Shown here: positions 14,191 through 24,399 of the stretch, one piece after another | Layout: every line of letters starts with the position of its first letter | Numbering within the stretch: the stretch's first letter is position 1 | Assembly (NCBI RefSeq): GCF_004010195.1 | Contig: NC_057719.1 | Span: forward strand, 92,891,946 to 92,955,945 | Direction of reading: 5' to 3' | Origin: Chiloscyllium plagiosum | Taxonomy: Eukaryota | DNA length: 64,000 nt | Program-made: the position numbers and the translations under genes | Notes under the pieces: generated by a model | What the model was told of the DNA's origin: nothing | Database searches by the model: none | The model's input: only the letters and a program-made list of their open reading frames with translations

Positions 14191-14919
14191 TTCTTAATTC
14201 CTGAATTATTGAGGTCAAAATTATTGAGGTCGCTCGTTGCCACAGCAATATTCTTAATGTGTGTAAATTCGTCCCGTCCTGATATCCTCCCAGTCTCTGT
14301 AACCTCCACCATCCTCCAGTGCCCTTCTGGGAAATATTGCAGAGGTAGGACGAGTTGTGGAATCCGACCCATGTTACAGAGGTAGGAAGGGCTGCAGAAT
14401 ATCTCCCTATCATGATTGAGCACGCCATGATTTCCAGTTCTGACAGAGTACGGTCCCTTAAACCCATCTAGCTGTTGAACAATTCCCCTCTCTCTAACAC
14501 TATCCAACCCTTACAACCTGGCCTTCATCTCGTATCTCCTGCATTCCCAACGCCCTTGTTGTTTGTTATCTCATTGCAGTCTTTTGAGCTGTGTGGAAAC
14601 AAGCCTGAAGTAGGTTTGGACTACTGAAAACAAGATAACTCCCATCTTCTTCATCAGTGTCAAATGCGATCTCCTTGTTTGTTTCTCACACATCAGTGGA
14701 AGGACGCATCCTTTCAGTATCCACCCTATCCATTCCCCTGAGGCTCTGTACATTTTAATGAGGACAACTCTCTTCCTGATGATCTTCGGCGGCAAAGCAC
14801 CGAAATTACATGTTTATGTTCCACTGTTTTCAGCAACCACTTCCTTTAGCTCCATCCCTCTCTCATTCTGAAACCTCAGCCAGTCTGGACAGCACTCCAA
14901 ACCGCTAATTACTGAGAAT

Positions 14920-15500
14920 GCTCCAACCTCCCTCCCTATGTAATCTCCTCACATTCCTACAACTCCTCCAGGCTTTGTGGATCCTGCCTGCGTCTGTAGG
15001 CTTTCCAAATTATTACATCTCCCTACAATCCTCACCATCTCTGTATCATCCAGTCACTACATTGCTCCATGTCTCCTTAAACTGCTCCATCCCCTACAAA
15101 TCTCCCTATCTCTGCAAGGTTCTGCTGTTCCAAAAAGCACCTCTCTACATGGGAATTCCATCAGAGACCAGTACTCTTTACATCTCTGTAATCCCATGCA
15201 GTTCTCTGTTCACACTTTCAGTCCCGACAACCCTTCTTCCATGTGCAACAACATCAAGTCCCTATAGTCCTCCCAATCTGTGCAACCTCCAACCAGATCT
15301 TACAACTCTCTCACAATGTCTGATTGCCTGCAGTGTTTATAAACTTGCGTAATTCGATAATATCGCCAGTCTTTATGCCCCTCCGGATCATGATGAGCTG
15401 CTTCAAACCTCACAAACGTTCCTGCCTTGTACGTCATCAAGTCGATACAATTCTTCTCATTTCTGTAATGTCCTGCAGACCCTCCAATCCTTCCCATTTT
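14920..15500. repeat. Degenerate pyrimidine-rich tandem repeat (ctccctatctctgtaacctcc...ctacaa-like units)
   Basis: Recurrent atctctgtaa, ctccctat and cctacaa motifs; strongly decayed. Confidence 0.4.
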
Positions 15501-16270
15501 TGTGAATTATGTCTACCACTGCTTCGCTACCTAAATGTCTCAATGCCTCCAGTCACTACAGCCCCCTTTACTGTGTAGCCCCCATCAGATCCTAAAGCCA
15601 TCAGCAGGCCAACTATGCTGAACTCCCCCGAAATTCCTCAGTGACAGTTTTTGCTGTGTCTCAGAATTCCATCCCTGAACTATTCAGTGAGTCCCTTGCT
15701 CCACATTAAACAAAGCTGCGTTGTTAGCCATTCTCCAGTCCTCTGGCACCATCCCTGCATCCAGTGAGAATTGGATGATGATTGATGATGGTCAGAATAA
15801 GGCAGGAGATGTTTCTTTCTCCTGGCTTCTTTTGACAGCCTGGAACGTTGTGTTAGTACTTTTAAAGAATGTGAGTATCCTTCATAATTCGGATGTCCAT
15901 ACGTTTATAATTACCAATATTTCACACTGCACCATGTGGAACTCCTCCCTTGTTTGCTACAGACAAACAGGGGCCTAAACCATCTTATGATTTGGTCAAG
16001 GCTTATTTTAGTCGAGTTTCATGAAGTATTTCTCTCCACAACATTCAATGCATTTTCTCATGATACCATCCTCAATCTGCCTCATTTACTAACTTCCCTG
16101 CACAAGCATGGTCTTCCTCTCATCTGACACTTGCCCAACAATGATTCCCCCCCGGGTCCAAATGACTGCTCACTGCCTGGATATTCCAGAATGGGCAGGC
16201 CTCACTGTTACACGTGTCATCCTTTAATTAATACGATAGTCTTTTATTATCAATCCGAACTGTCCTGGAC

Positions 16271-16900
16271 ATGGCTGAGGGGGTAAAATAGGAGCCCAAC
16301 TCTGTGGACAAGCTCTAAGGCTGTGGTGGATGGTATTGCACAGGAGAGGGATATTATCTCCCTCCAGGACTCGCAGGGGAGCCCATGACACCAGACGCTG
16401 CCAACTTGGCCCGAGTTTGACCCCTGGGTCATTGAGGTGCCAGCCTTCTGGGTGAATGTCCCACAGTGTAGGAAGGAGGTCAGTGCCCTGCTCCATCCAC
16501 CAAGGTAAGTGCCACCATTGCACTTTGTGACCTTGCCTTCATTCTATGTCTGTTACTGCACTCATCTCCCACCAAGGCTCATGTTCTCCCTGTCTCACTG
16601 ACTGCTGAATTTTCACTTGCTCTCTCCCTTCCCTCTTCTTTCTCCCGCTCCCCAACTCTGCCTGGTATCAGTGCTGCCAACTCACTCACACTGAACACCT
16701 CGCCCCATTTCCCCCAACTCTACCAGCAGTAACAGCTGTACCAACCACTTACATCTCTATTAATATCTCTTGGTAACTCTCTCAGTCCAGAAGGAGCCAT
16801 CCCACAATAGGACAGAAAGAACCAAGATGGATAGATGTCTGCCGAAAATTCAACCCCTCACTCCCTAACAGGGGAAGGATCCTGACCTGAACAACCACGA
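16271..16900 (+). pseudogene. Decayed Harbinger/PIF transposon Myb/SANT-like DNA-binding protein gene (two recognisable exons)
   Basis: Manual translation gives AVVDGIAQERDIISLQDSQGSP*HQTLPTWPEFDPWVIEVPAFWVNVPQCRKEVSALL, then a GTAAGT donor at 16505. A second block at ~16791 reads KEPSHNRTERTKMDRCLPKIQPLTP, fitting the W..VA..V....R...QCRKK.NDL and HNR.ER.KTGGG patterns. Confidence 0.65.
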
Positions 16901-17619
16901 GAGGCTGACTAACCGTGTCCAAGCTACTGTACTGGGATCTGAGACTCCCCTTCACTCACTGTGCTCGGCACAGTGACTGACTGGGGACAATGAAATCAAG
17001 CTTCCTCGGTTGTTTCTGAGCTAAACACCCAGAAAGTACAGCAGGCGCATGATCCTGGTAGCTCTGGCTGAGGAGAAAAAACGCTAAAGGTAGGGTACGA
17101 CAAGGCAATAATTCTGTGAGAATTCAAGTTTTCTCTAAGTGTGAACAAACAGAGAGTGAGCAGCCCAGAGGTGCCGCCCATGAGCTGGGTGCGTATCCCT
17201 GAACACAGTGTCCTTGCAGAAGCATTGCAATGAGAGTTGTCAGTGCATCCTGCGCTGCAGCATTGAAATACAGCAACGTATAGTTAATGGGTTAGAGATG
17301 TGCTGGGATGACATGGTGAAGCTGGCATGTGACAGATGCCAGCATTGTTGGGTGTGGAGTACATGCAACATCTTTCAGTGCAGCGTCCCCCAAGACATTG
17401 GTGTCTAAGATAGAAGGCCACAGGAACGAGGACTGAGATGGAGTCGCCGGTTACCAGCTCTAAATTTTATGTCAAATTCTCCATATTAATCTTCACCACA
17501 GTGGGAGAGAGGATACAAAGCTGCAAATTCATGAGGAGCGATAGACATGAATGTGGCTGTTGATTATCAGTAATCTATTCAGTCAGCATATCCACACTCC
17601 CGCACTCAAATCTAGTCTC

Positions 17620-18081
17620 AAAGAACAAAACAACACAGGAACAGGCCCTTCAGCCCAGCAAGTCTGTACTGACACATAATGCCTTTCAAATGTTAGAGAG
17701 AAAGCTTTGATTCGACACGTTCTATGTCTTTCTATTCCCTGTCTAATCATTTCTGTGTCAAGATACGTTTTAAACATTGCTATTTTATCTTCTTCTCCTT
17801 ACCAGTGAACTCCAGGCACTTTCACGTTCTGTCTGGAAACGAAAAAAGAAACTTGCCCATCATATATCCTTCAAACATTCCCCCTTTTGCCCAAAGCCAA
17901 AGGCCCTTCGCAATTGATATTTCTACTCTGGAAAAAAAAACCTTCTAAGTATTCGACTATCTATGCCTCTTGTAATTTTGTAAATGTCTATCAGGTATCC
18001 CTCTCAGCCACTCATATCCAAGTGAAAGCAAACCAAGCTTTTCCAATTTCTCTTTCAAGCTGGATTTAACAGCCTGAACCT
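17620..18081 (-). mobile_element. CR1 3' fragment abutting the ERV 3' LTR
   Basis: LKEKLEKLGLLSL...LRG (ORF 17957..18157) and a CR1-type tail near 17620-17660. Confidence 0.7.
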
Positions 18082-18513
18082 TGTCGTGGAAATAAAATCG
18101 ACTCGACTCAACTGCCAGCAAGAGCAAAGAAAAAGTTTTTTTTTCAAAAGTCTCCATACAGGGGACGGATACACTCGGCAGAAACGCCTTGTGTAAGGGC
18201 CCTGAACAAATTTCACATCTTTTTTATACTATACTTCTCACATGCTCAAGGACAACAGCTGGGAAATATTTGAGTTCTCATTTTCTCATTCCCTTGCCAT
18301 AGACATAACTGTCTTTATGTTTTCTTTAGATTTTGCAGAATTCGACCTCTCACAAGGTCAGGTTGAATATTTGCAATAGTCAGCAAAGCTAAGCTGTCCC
18401 CTCGACTGCAGAATTCAACAAAGTGTTTGCAAAGTTCAGCAATTTATTAAATTTACCAAAGCATTATCTTTCAGATTTCACAGTAAATGTTATTTTGTTA
18501 ATTTTCCATTACA
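18082..18513 (-). repeat. ERV 3' LTR (432 bp, TGTAATGG...CCACGACA)
   Basis: TG...CA ends on the minus strand, homologous to 20681-21009 and 55459-55889, with a TATA-like gtataaaaaa at ~18220-18229 (minus). Confidence 0.9.
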
Positions 18514-18527
18514 TTTTCCTCCTTTTT
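18514..18527 (-). promoter_or_regulatory. Polypurine tract
   Basis: Pure A/G run (aaaaaggaggaaaa on the minus strand) immediately before the LTR-initial TGTAA. Confidence 0.85.
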
Positions 18528-18737
18528 GTTATTTTATGACAACAAAGGCAACAACCAAAAAAAACCCACAGAGCCAGAATAGCTATACATCAAAAATGCT
18601 TCGGGAACACCAGGCATTTCCTCAGACACCACCTACCTGTAATACAGCTTTGTGGTGGTATCATCACTTGATCTGGTGTGCCCTGTACACAGCTCATTTT
18701 CACACATCACACTCGTCAACATCACGGTAGGGTAGGG

Positions 18738-19054
18738 TCACGCAATCAGATCTTCCTGCCGTGGGGCCACTGATTGTTTTACCATTTGGTATCTTACTAC
18801 ACTCATAAGCAAGTGGCGTAGGCAGGTAAACAAGCAAGGTCCTGTGCAAAGCACTATGAGTAACACCAGACCTACAACTAGTAGAATGTGTAGAATCCAA
18901 TACCCCCATCCTCCCCAAAGGGATGTGAGCCATCGGAACCAGGAGTCATCTGCAAGGCGGGTGTGCGGGGGCGGGGCGTTGGTATCGCTGCCTTCATATG
19001 ATTTATTACACCAGTGATATTTTGGGACTCATCAGGAATATTAGAACAGCATGT
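18738..19054 (-). pseudogene. env: ERV env transmembrane-subunit C-terminal fragment
   Basis: TCCSNIPDESQNITGVINHMKAAIP (end of the CX6CC region), a frameshift, then DDSWFRWLTSLWGGWGYWILHILLVVGLVLLIVLCTGPCLFTCLR (membrane anchor). Confidence 0.85.
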
Positions 19055-19555
19055 CATACATCCCCTCTTTTGACATATGGTCCTTACCGTGTGTCAGTTT
19101 GGCATTGAATGGTATTTATGATCGTGGTAGGCAGGGTTTACCATTGGGGCCACACCATAGTCCTTCCATCTCATTGCACCTTGCTTTCATCCACTCACGC
19201 TTTTCCTCTGGCGTGGCCTATGACTGTAACTCTCGTACGTCTACTTTTGGTGTACAAATTTTTGTCATACACATGTCAATCTGATCACTTGGTGGCTGCT
19301 GGGTGGCCGTTCTTGCCGCTGAGTCTGCCCTCACATTGGCTTGAGAAATGTGTCTGCTTCACATTTACACACAGCGATTGACTTATGCAATAGGACCGCC
19401 ACCAGGAGGTCAGAAATCAGGCCAGGGTATGTGATGGGCTTTCCCGTGAAGTCAAAGAAGCCCCTGTGTTTCCATAGGGTTCCAAAATCAGGTGCAACTC
19501 CAAATGTGTATGTGCTGTCGTGTAAATATTCACTGTCTTTCCTTTAGCCAATGTA
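19055..19555 (-). pseudogene. pol: ERV pol: RNase H C-terminal half and integrase N-terminal zinc-binding region
   Basis: AKGKTVNIYT/FGVAPDFGTLWKHRGF..GKPITYPGLISDLLVAVLLHKSIAVCKCEA..NVRADSAA, then EEKREWMKARC...GLWCGPNGKPCLP...LTHGKDHMSKEGM. Confidence 0.88.
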
Positions 19556-19960
19556 GTTTCTCCCTTTACGTCTGCATATCTGAATTGAACCAGATACTCA
19601 CATCCTCCCTGAAGACCCAACCTTTCAACCTTCTCCAGTGACACGTAAGGAGTGAAGCCTCCCACATTCATAAGATAGGGTCTTCTTGCCGTCACAGATA
19701 CGTTAGATAAGTTCCCAATAACTGCACATCTGTGATCATTCGAATAAAATTCGCACAAAAACAACTGATCTTGTTTAACCAATCTCCTGAACCAATCCTT
19801 CTCATATGGTTCTTCAGGGCCATCGTGGTGTATGTCTGCCGTGCAATGCAGCATGTCCTCAGCCAGAAATACAGTGTTAATACGATTAACATGTTTACTT
19901 GCTTCCAGGGCGAGTGAATCGCTTACTGAACTTTTCGCTCACAAGCTCTTTCGCCGCTCA
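19556..19960 (-). pseudogene. 2H-phosphodiesterase (CNPase-like) domain within ERV pol
   Basis: LHCTA (HxT) and TPYVSL (HxS with H>Y, codon TAC) 67 residues apart, in frame downstream of the protease C-terminal half. Confidence 0.75.
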
Positions 19961-20220
19961 TAGACATACATCAGAGGTCGTGGGTCGTATTTTACAGCCT
20001 GCAGTGGTAAATCTTCCCTTTGAATTACCCGCAAGCCCATCGGGGTACTGAGCAAATTCAAACACAATCTCACTATGCGATTGCAAGCCATCAGATTTAA
20101 ATGACAGAATTTCGATAACAGAAATGAGAATTGGAATGTTTCCCCATTACTGGTTTCGCACAATGGGGGTGCGGGTAAATCTCTCTCGTGCGACAACTCC
20201 TGATGCACCCATTGATTTGA
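19961..20220 (-). pseudogene. pol: ERV protease C-terminal half
   Basis: IKSMGASGVVARERFT/PLCETSNGETFQFSFLLSKFCHLNLMAC... matches the retropepsin flap and CPxNLxGRD-equivalent region. Confidence 0.75.
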
Positions 20221-20221
20221 T

Positions 20222-20325
20222 GCCTACCTCCATGTTATATTTGGAATATACACCAGTTACCTTTTTGTAGATATAGGGACAGTATATTCAGTAGTTAAAT
20301 CAAGCCAGTTCAGAGAGTGAACGCT
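20222..20325 (+). pseudogene. pol: ERV protease N-terminal half with catalytic-motif remnant, inverted relative to the provirus
   Basis: Plus-strand PTSMLYLEYTPVTFL/VDIGTVYSVVKSSQF resembles the FLVDTGAxYSV active site. Confidence 0.75.
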
Positions 20326-20329
20326 AATA

Positions 20330-20680
20330 AAAAATGAGTGGAAGGTTCCTTAAGAGTCTAAGAGGGAAGCCTGGCGTTTCCCTAAGATGGAAGTCTCGGA
20401 CCCACGATTAAAAACGGTCCCTCCTGAGTTTTGAGCAAAAACCAAACATGATGTCGGGCTCATACGAGGCTGTGAACCCATAAGAATAAGCCCGAAGTCT
20501 GAGTATCGTCCTTGAACAGCACAATACCCTTTAAAACCCGTGGCCATAGTAGGAATTACTCCAGTCTTTGAATCCCTCCTGAAGAATGGCCTGATAATCC
20601 TCTGTGAAAATTCATCAGAGAGAATCTCCATTTTTCCAGTCAAAAAGGCAAGCATTCATGTGAACCGGAGGAATGGTGGT
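20330..20680 (+). pseudogene. pol: ERV reverse transcriptase N-terminus, inverted relative to the provirus
   Basis: Plus-strand LKTVPPEF*AKTKHDVGLIRGCEPIRISPKSEYRP*TAQYPLKPVAIVGITPVFESLLKNGLIILCENSSERISIFPVKK. Confidence 0.88.
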
Positions 20681-21009
20681 TTGTGTAAGGGCCCTGAACA
20701 AATTTCACATATTCTTTTTATACTATTCCTATGACACGCTCAAGGAAAAGAGCTGGGAAACATTCGAGTTCTGATTTTCTCATTCCCATGCCGTGGTCAT
20801 AATTGTCTTTATGTTTTCCTTAGCTTTTTGCTGAATTCGACTGCACGCAAGGTCAGGTTGAATGTTTCCAAATTTTAGCAAAGCCAAGCTATCCCCTCGA
20901 CTGCAGAATTCAGAGAAGTGTTTGCAAAGTTCAGCAAAGTTTTTTTTTAATCAAAACATTCTCTTTCAGAATGCACAGTAAATGTTAATTTTGTTTATTT
21001 TCCATTACA
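20681..21009 (-). repeat. ERV 5' LTR, truncated (its 3' ~110 bp, the PBS and gag are missing)
   Basis: Aligns to 18189-18513 and begins TGTAATGGAAA on the minus strand. Confidence 0.88.
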
Positions 21010-21269
21010 CCCGTCTTACTTTGGGGAACACGTTTCCACGGAGCCAATTTTATCCCCCCTCAGAATACTTGCTACTGCTCTGATTCTGAATTGTCTTCCC
21101 GTTAATATTTCCTGTTCACTTGAATGAAATCTTTTCTCTCCGTAATAAACTTAGACTGAGTCATGCTAACACTCCAACTCTTCGTTTAGCTTCATCCTTT
21201 ACAATACTTACGTACAGTAATGAATAATGATCATTATTCCTGAAATGCTGCCCTTTTCCATTCAGATGG

Positions 21270-23220
21270 TAGTTGTAATGAGTGTGGATGGTGCTGTCTC
21301 AGCAGTGCCATCGTACTCACGCCTGCTGCTGAGTGTCGGTGGTGGACAGCTGCATTGTCTTTCACCGTGTCAAACTGTTTGAGTACTGTTGGAGCTGCAC
21401 TCATTCAGGCAAGTGGAGATTATTCCATCGTATTCCTGACTTTACCCTCGGAGATTATAGACAGGTTTTCACAAGACAGGAGGAAATTTACCAGCAGCTG
21501 AATTCATGACTTCTGATCTGATGTTTTCACCATAGCAGCTATATGGTCTTGGATGTACTTGAGAATGTTAGTGCCAATGGATCAGCAGTGGTACTGTCTT
21601 TGGAAGTTGAATGCCAATGGTGAGATGGCTAATGATAGTGATTGTCTTACATTTGTGTGGCATGAATGTTACTTGTAACTTGTCAGCCCACGCCAGGCTG
21701 TTCAAATCTTGCTGCATTTGGATTGATTTGGTGATCTGAGGAGATCAAAATTGTAAAATCATGAGCAAACTTCCTCACATTTGACCGTATAAAGAAGCGA
21801 GCTTGCACATAACTGGTTTTCCGAACTTTGTTGTTCCAGATGGCAGTGGGATAAGAAGGTTCTTCCTAATAAGCCTTGGTGCAGTGAATCTTGCAGTTGG
21901 AACACAGTGCTATTGCTGAGCATCAGTGCTGGACAGGATGGATGTTCTTCGCAGTGATAGCAATTAACAGGGCGGCATTTGTCCTGGTGTATTCCTGAAT
22001 GTAATCCACCACAAGCTTTGGGGGGGGAGTTAGCAGGTGAGTTACTCACTTAGAATGTCTAACCTCTGACATGCTCTTGATTGCAGTGGTATTTATGTGG
22101 CGAGTCCATGGCAATTTCTGGTCAATGATAGCATCCAGAATGCTGATAAACACTGTGCTGGGGACTCAGTGATGGTAATGCTACTGAAAATCAATGAAGG
22201 ATGGTTTGATTCGTTATTGCCTTATTTGCCAAATATTTAGGTGTCACGGACATTACTTGCTATTTTTCATACTAAACCTGCATGTCTTCCAAGTATTTTA
22301 ACATGGACTGTATCAGGAATGGTTTAATCAGTGAACATTCCCACTTCTGACCTTATGATGGAGAGAGGGTCATTACAACAGCTAGAAATGGTTGAGCCTC
22401 GGACGCGTTCTTTCCTAAGGAATGGCTGCAGAACTCTACTGGACTTCAAATTGCTGACACTGACAACAACCTTCATTTTGCTCGTGATTACTCTAACTAG
22501 GAGAGTACTTCTCCTCGCTTCCTAGTAACTATAATTATTCTCGTGCTCCTATTATCACACCGTGTTAAATGGTGCCTTAATGTTAAGAGTATTCATTCTC
22601 ACTGCCCCTTTGGAACTCTATTCTTTTAAACTGAGCTTGCAATGGGGTCAGGAGCTGAGTGAGTCTGATGGGACACTAACTGAATGTCACTGAACAGGTT
22701 ATTGTCGATGGATCATATTATTGCTGGCACCTTCGTTCACACATCCATGGTAAACCATACACCCTTGGGCCAGTGACTGGTTGCAATGCAAGTGCCTTGC
22801 TTGTTGTCAACAGGACATACTTGAACAGTTTATGACATTGTTGTTAGGTGTGAGTGTTTTTGCTGTAACTGTACAGTTTAGCTAGAGATGTGGCAACCTC
22901 TGGAGTTAAATGACAGATTCCTGAGTCTCCAGCCATTTCTTGACATTGTGTTGCATGAATCAAATTGGCTGTAGATTGGGGTTGGAGCTGCCAGGGCCTA
23001 CGGAAGGAGGCCGAGATGCATCACCTGCTCAGCCATTCTGGTGAAGATTTTTACAAATGCAGTACCTTTATTTTTCCCTGATGTGTTGCACTCCCTCACA
23101 ATTGGGGATTTCATTGTTGGAGAGCAGCCTCTTCTTCTAATGGTTTGTATCGTGTCCACTATCATTCATAACTAGAAGTGGCAGGACTGCACATGGATCT
23201 GAGCCATCGATTGTGGAATC
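21270..23220 (-). mobile_element. Old non-LTR LINE fragments (at least two overlapping copies)
   Basis: Minus-strand SIIRSEVGMFTD (FADD-equivalent) at ~22325-22375; the segments ~21480-21720 and ~22035-22310 resemble each other. Confidence 0.55.
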
Positions 23221-23673
23221 ACTGACGTCTATCCATAACCTGCAACAGATTAGCCTAGCGGCGACAGTATCCAGAGTCAATGCTGAGCACTAGATACAAA
23301 TATATACCAAGTAGCTGCACCCCCCGACTTCTGCCTGGCTGTGTCCTGTCCATGGGACAGAACCTACCAGAAAGGTGATGTTGCCTGGGACGTAATCCTG
23401 TTCACAAAATCCTTCTTCACAGATAGCGTCTGTCCCTTGTTTGATTCATCCGTGAAGAGTATATGGCACGTCACTTTACATTTTTGTACAATGAAGAGTT
23501 AATATCACCTTTATTTCTTACGTTTTTTAAAAAATAAACAAAATGTCATTGTTTTTCAGATGAAAGCAATTTGAAGTGAACAATAATTGAATTACTAGAG
23601 TATACAGCTAACTGTTACACAATTCAGTGACTGTAATAATCAGCTGACTTATGTTCAGATCAGTGAACATACA

Positions 23674-23809
23674 ATAAAATAAAAGCAAATTACTGCGGAT
23701 CTGGAATCTGAAACCAAAATAGAAAATGCTGGATAATCTCAGCAGGTCTGGCAGCATCTGCAAGAAGAGAAAAGAGCTGACGTTTCGAGTCTAACTGACC
23801 CTTTGTTAA
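23674..23809 (-). mobile_element. Short Penelope-derived element with a degenerate minimal hammerhead motif
   Basis: Flanked by agtgaacataca/agtgaacacata (TSD-like). The minus strand reads ttaacaa-a-gggtc-agtta-gactc-gaaacgtc-agct. Confidence 0.7.
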
Positions 23810-24399
23810 AGTGAACACATAATCTTGCAGTCAGCAAAACTGTTGAATATGAGTTTGAATACAGACACGGTGTCATTGGGTCTCACCAATACCTCAAAAA
23901 CACCATTTATTTCTAACATCTGTCCAGACACCTTCAACTGGAGCTGGCCAGTTATTCCCACAATCCCTCACAACAGACGACCGATTGGAGACCCATCTGA
24001 ACAACAGGGAGAAGCGTTGGACAGACGCCCAATGGAGTAGCACAGCTTAGTGTTTGTAGAAAAGTGCTTCAACATTTGTAAAAATCACCTGAAAATAAGG
24101 ATGTCTTGCAAGTGCATCTCTGCTATTCTGCCACTTAAACTCTGTAATTCTGCATCTTGGTCACAACCCTGAATGAGCGTTTTATAAACGTGATGGACTC
24201 CTGCAACACATGGCGTCTCACACTGAATCCCTCATAAACCGTTACCAGTGTATGTCAGCACCACAACACCAATATCAAAACAGAATTGTGCAGCTACAGT
24301 GATGGCCAAGATGATCCCAGCCTAACGTCCTTGGACGTGACTTGAGCTAAAAATTTCTGTGTAAACGTTCTAGGTTGTTCTAAATATTAAGAGCAACTG

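Larger units (their letters stand above)
18082..21009 (-). mobile_element. Class I (gamma/epsilon-like) endogenous retrovirus, internally deleted and scrambled
   Basis: Contains a 3' LTR (18082-18513), PPT, env TM, IN, RNase H, a PDE-like domain, protease and RT fragments, and a partial 5' LTR (20681-21009). Confidence 0.93.

Noticed and set aside
20350..20655. Minus-strand 101-aa ORF as a possible ERV accessory gene
   Set aside because: It is the antisense of the plus-strand RT N-terminus.
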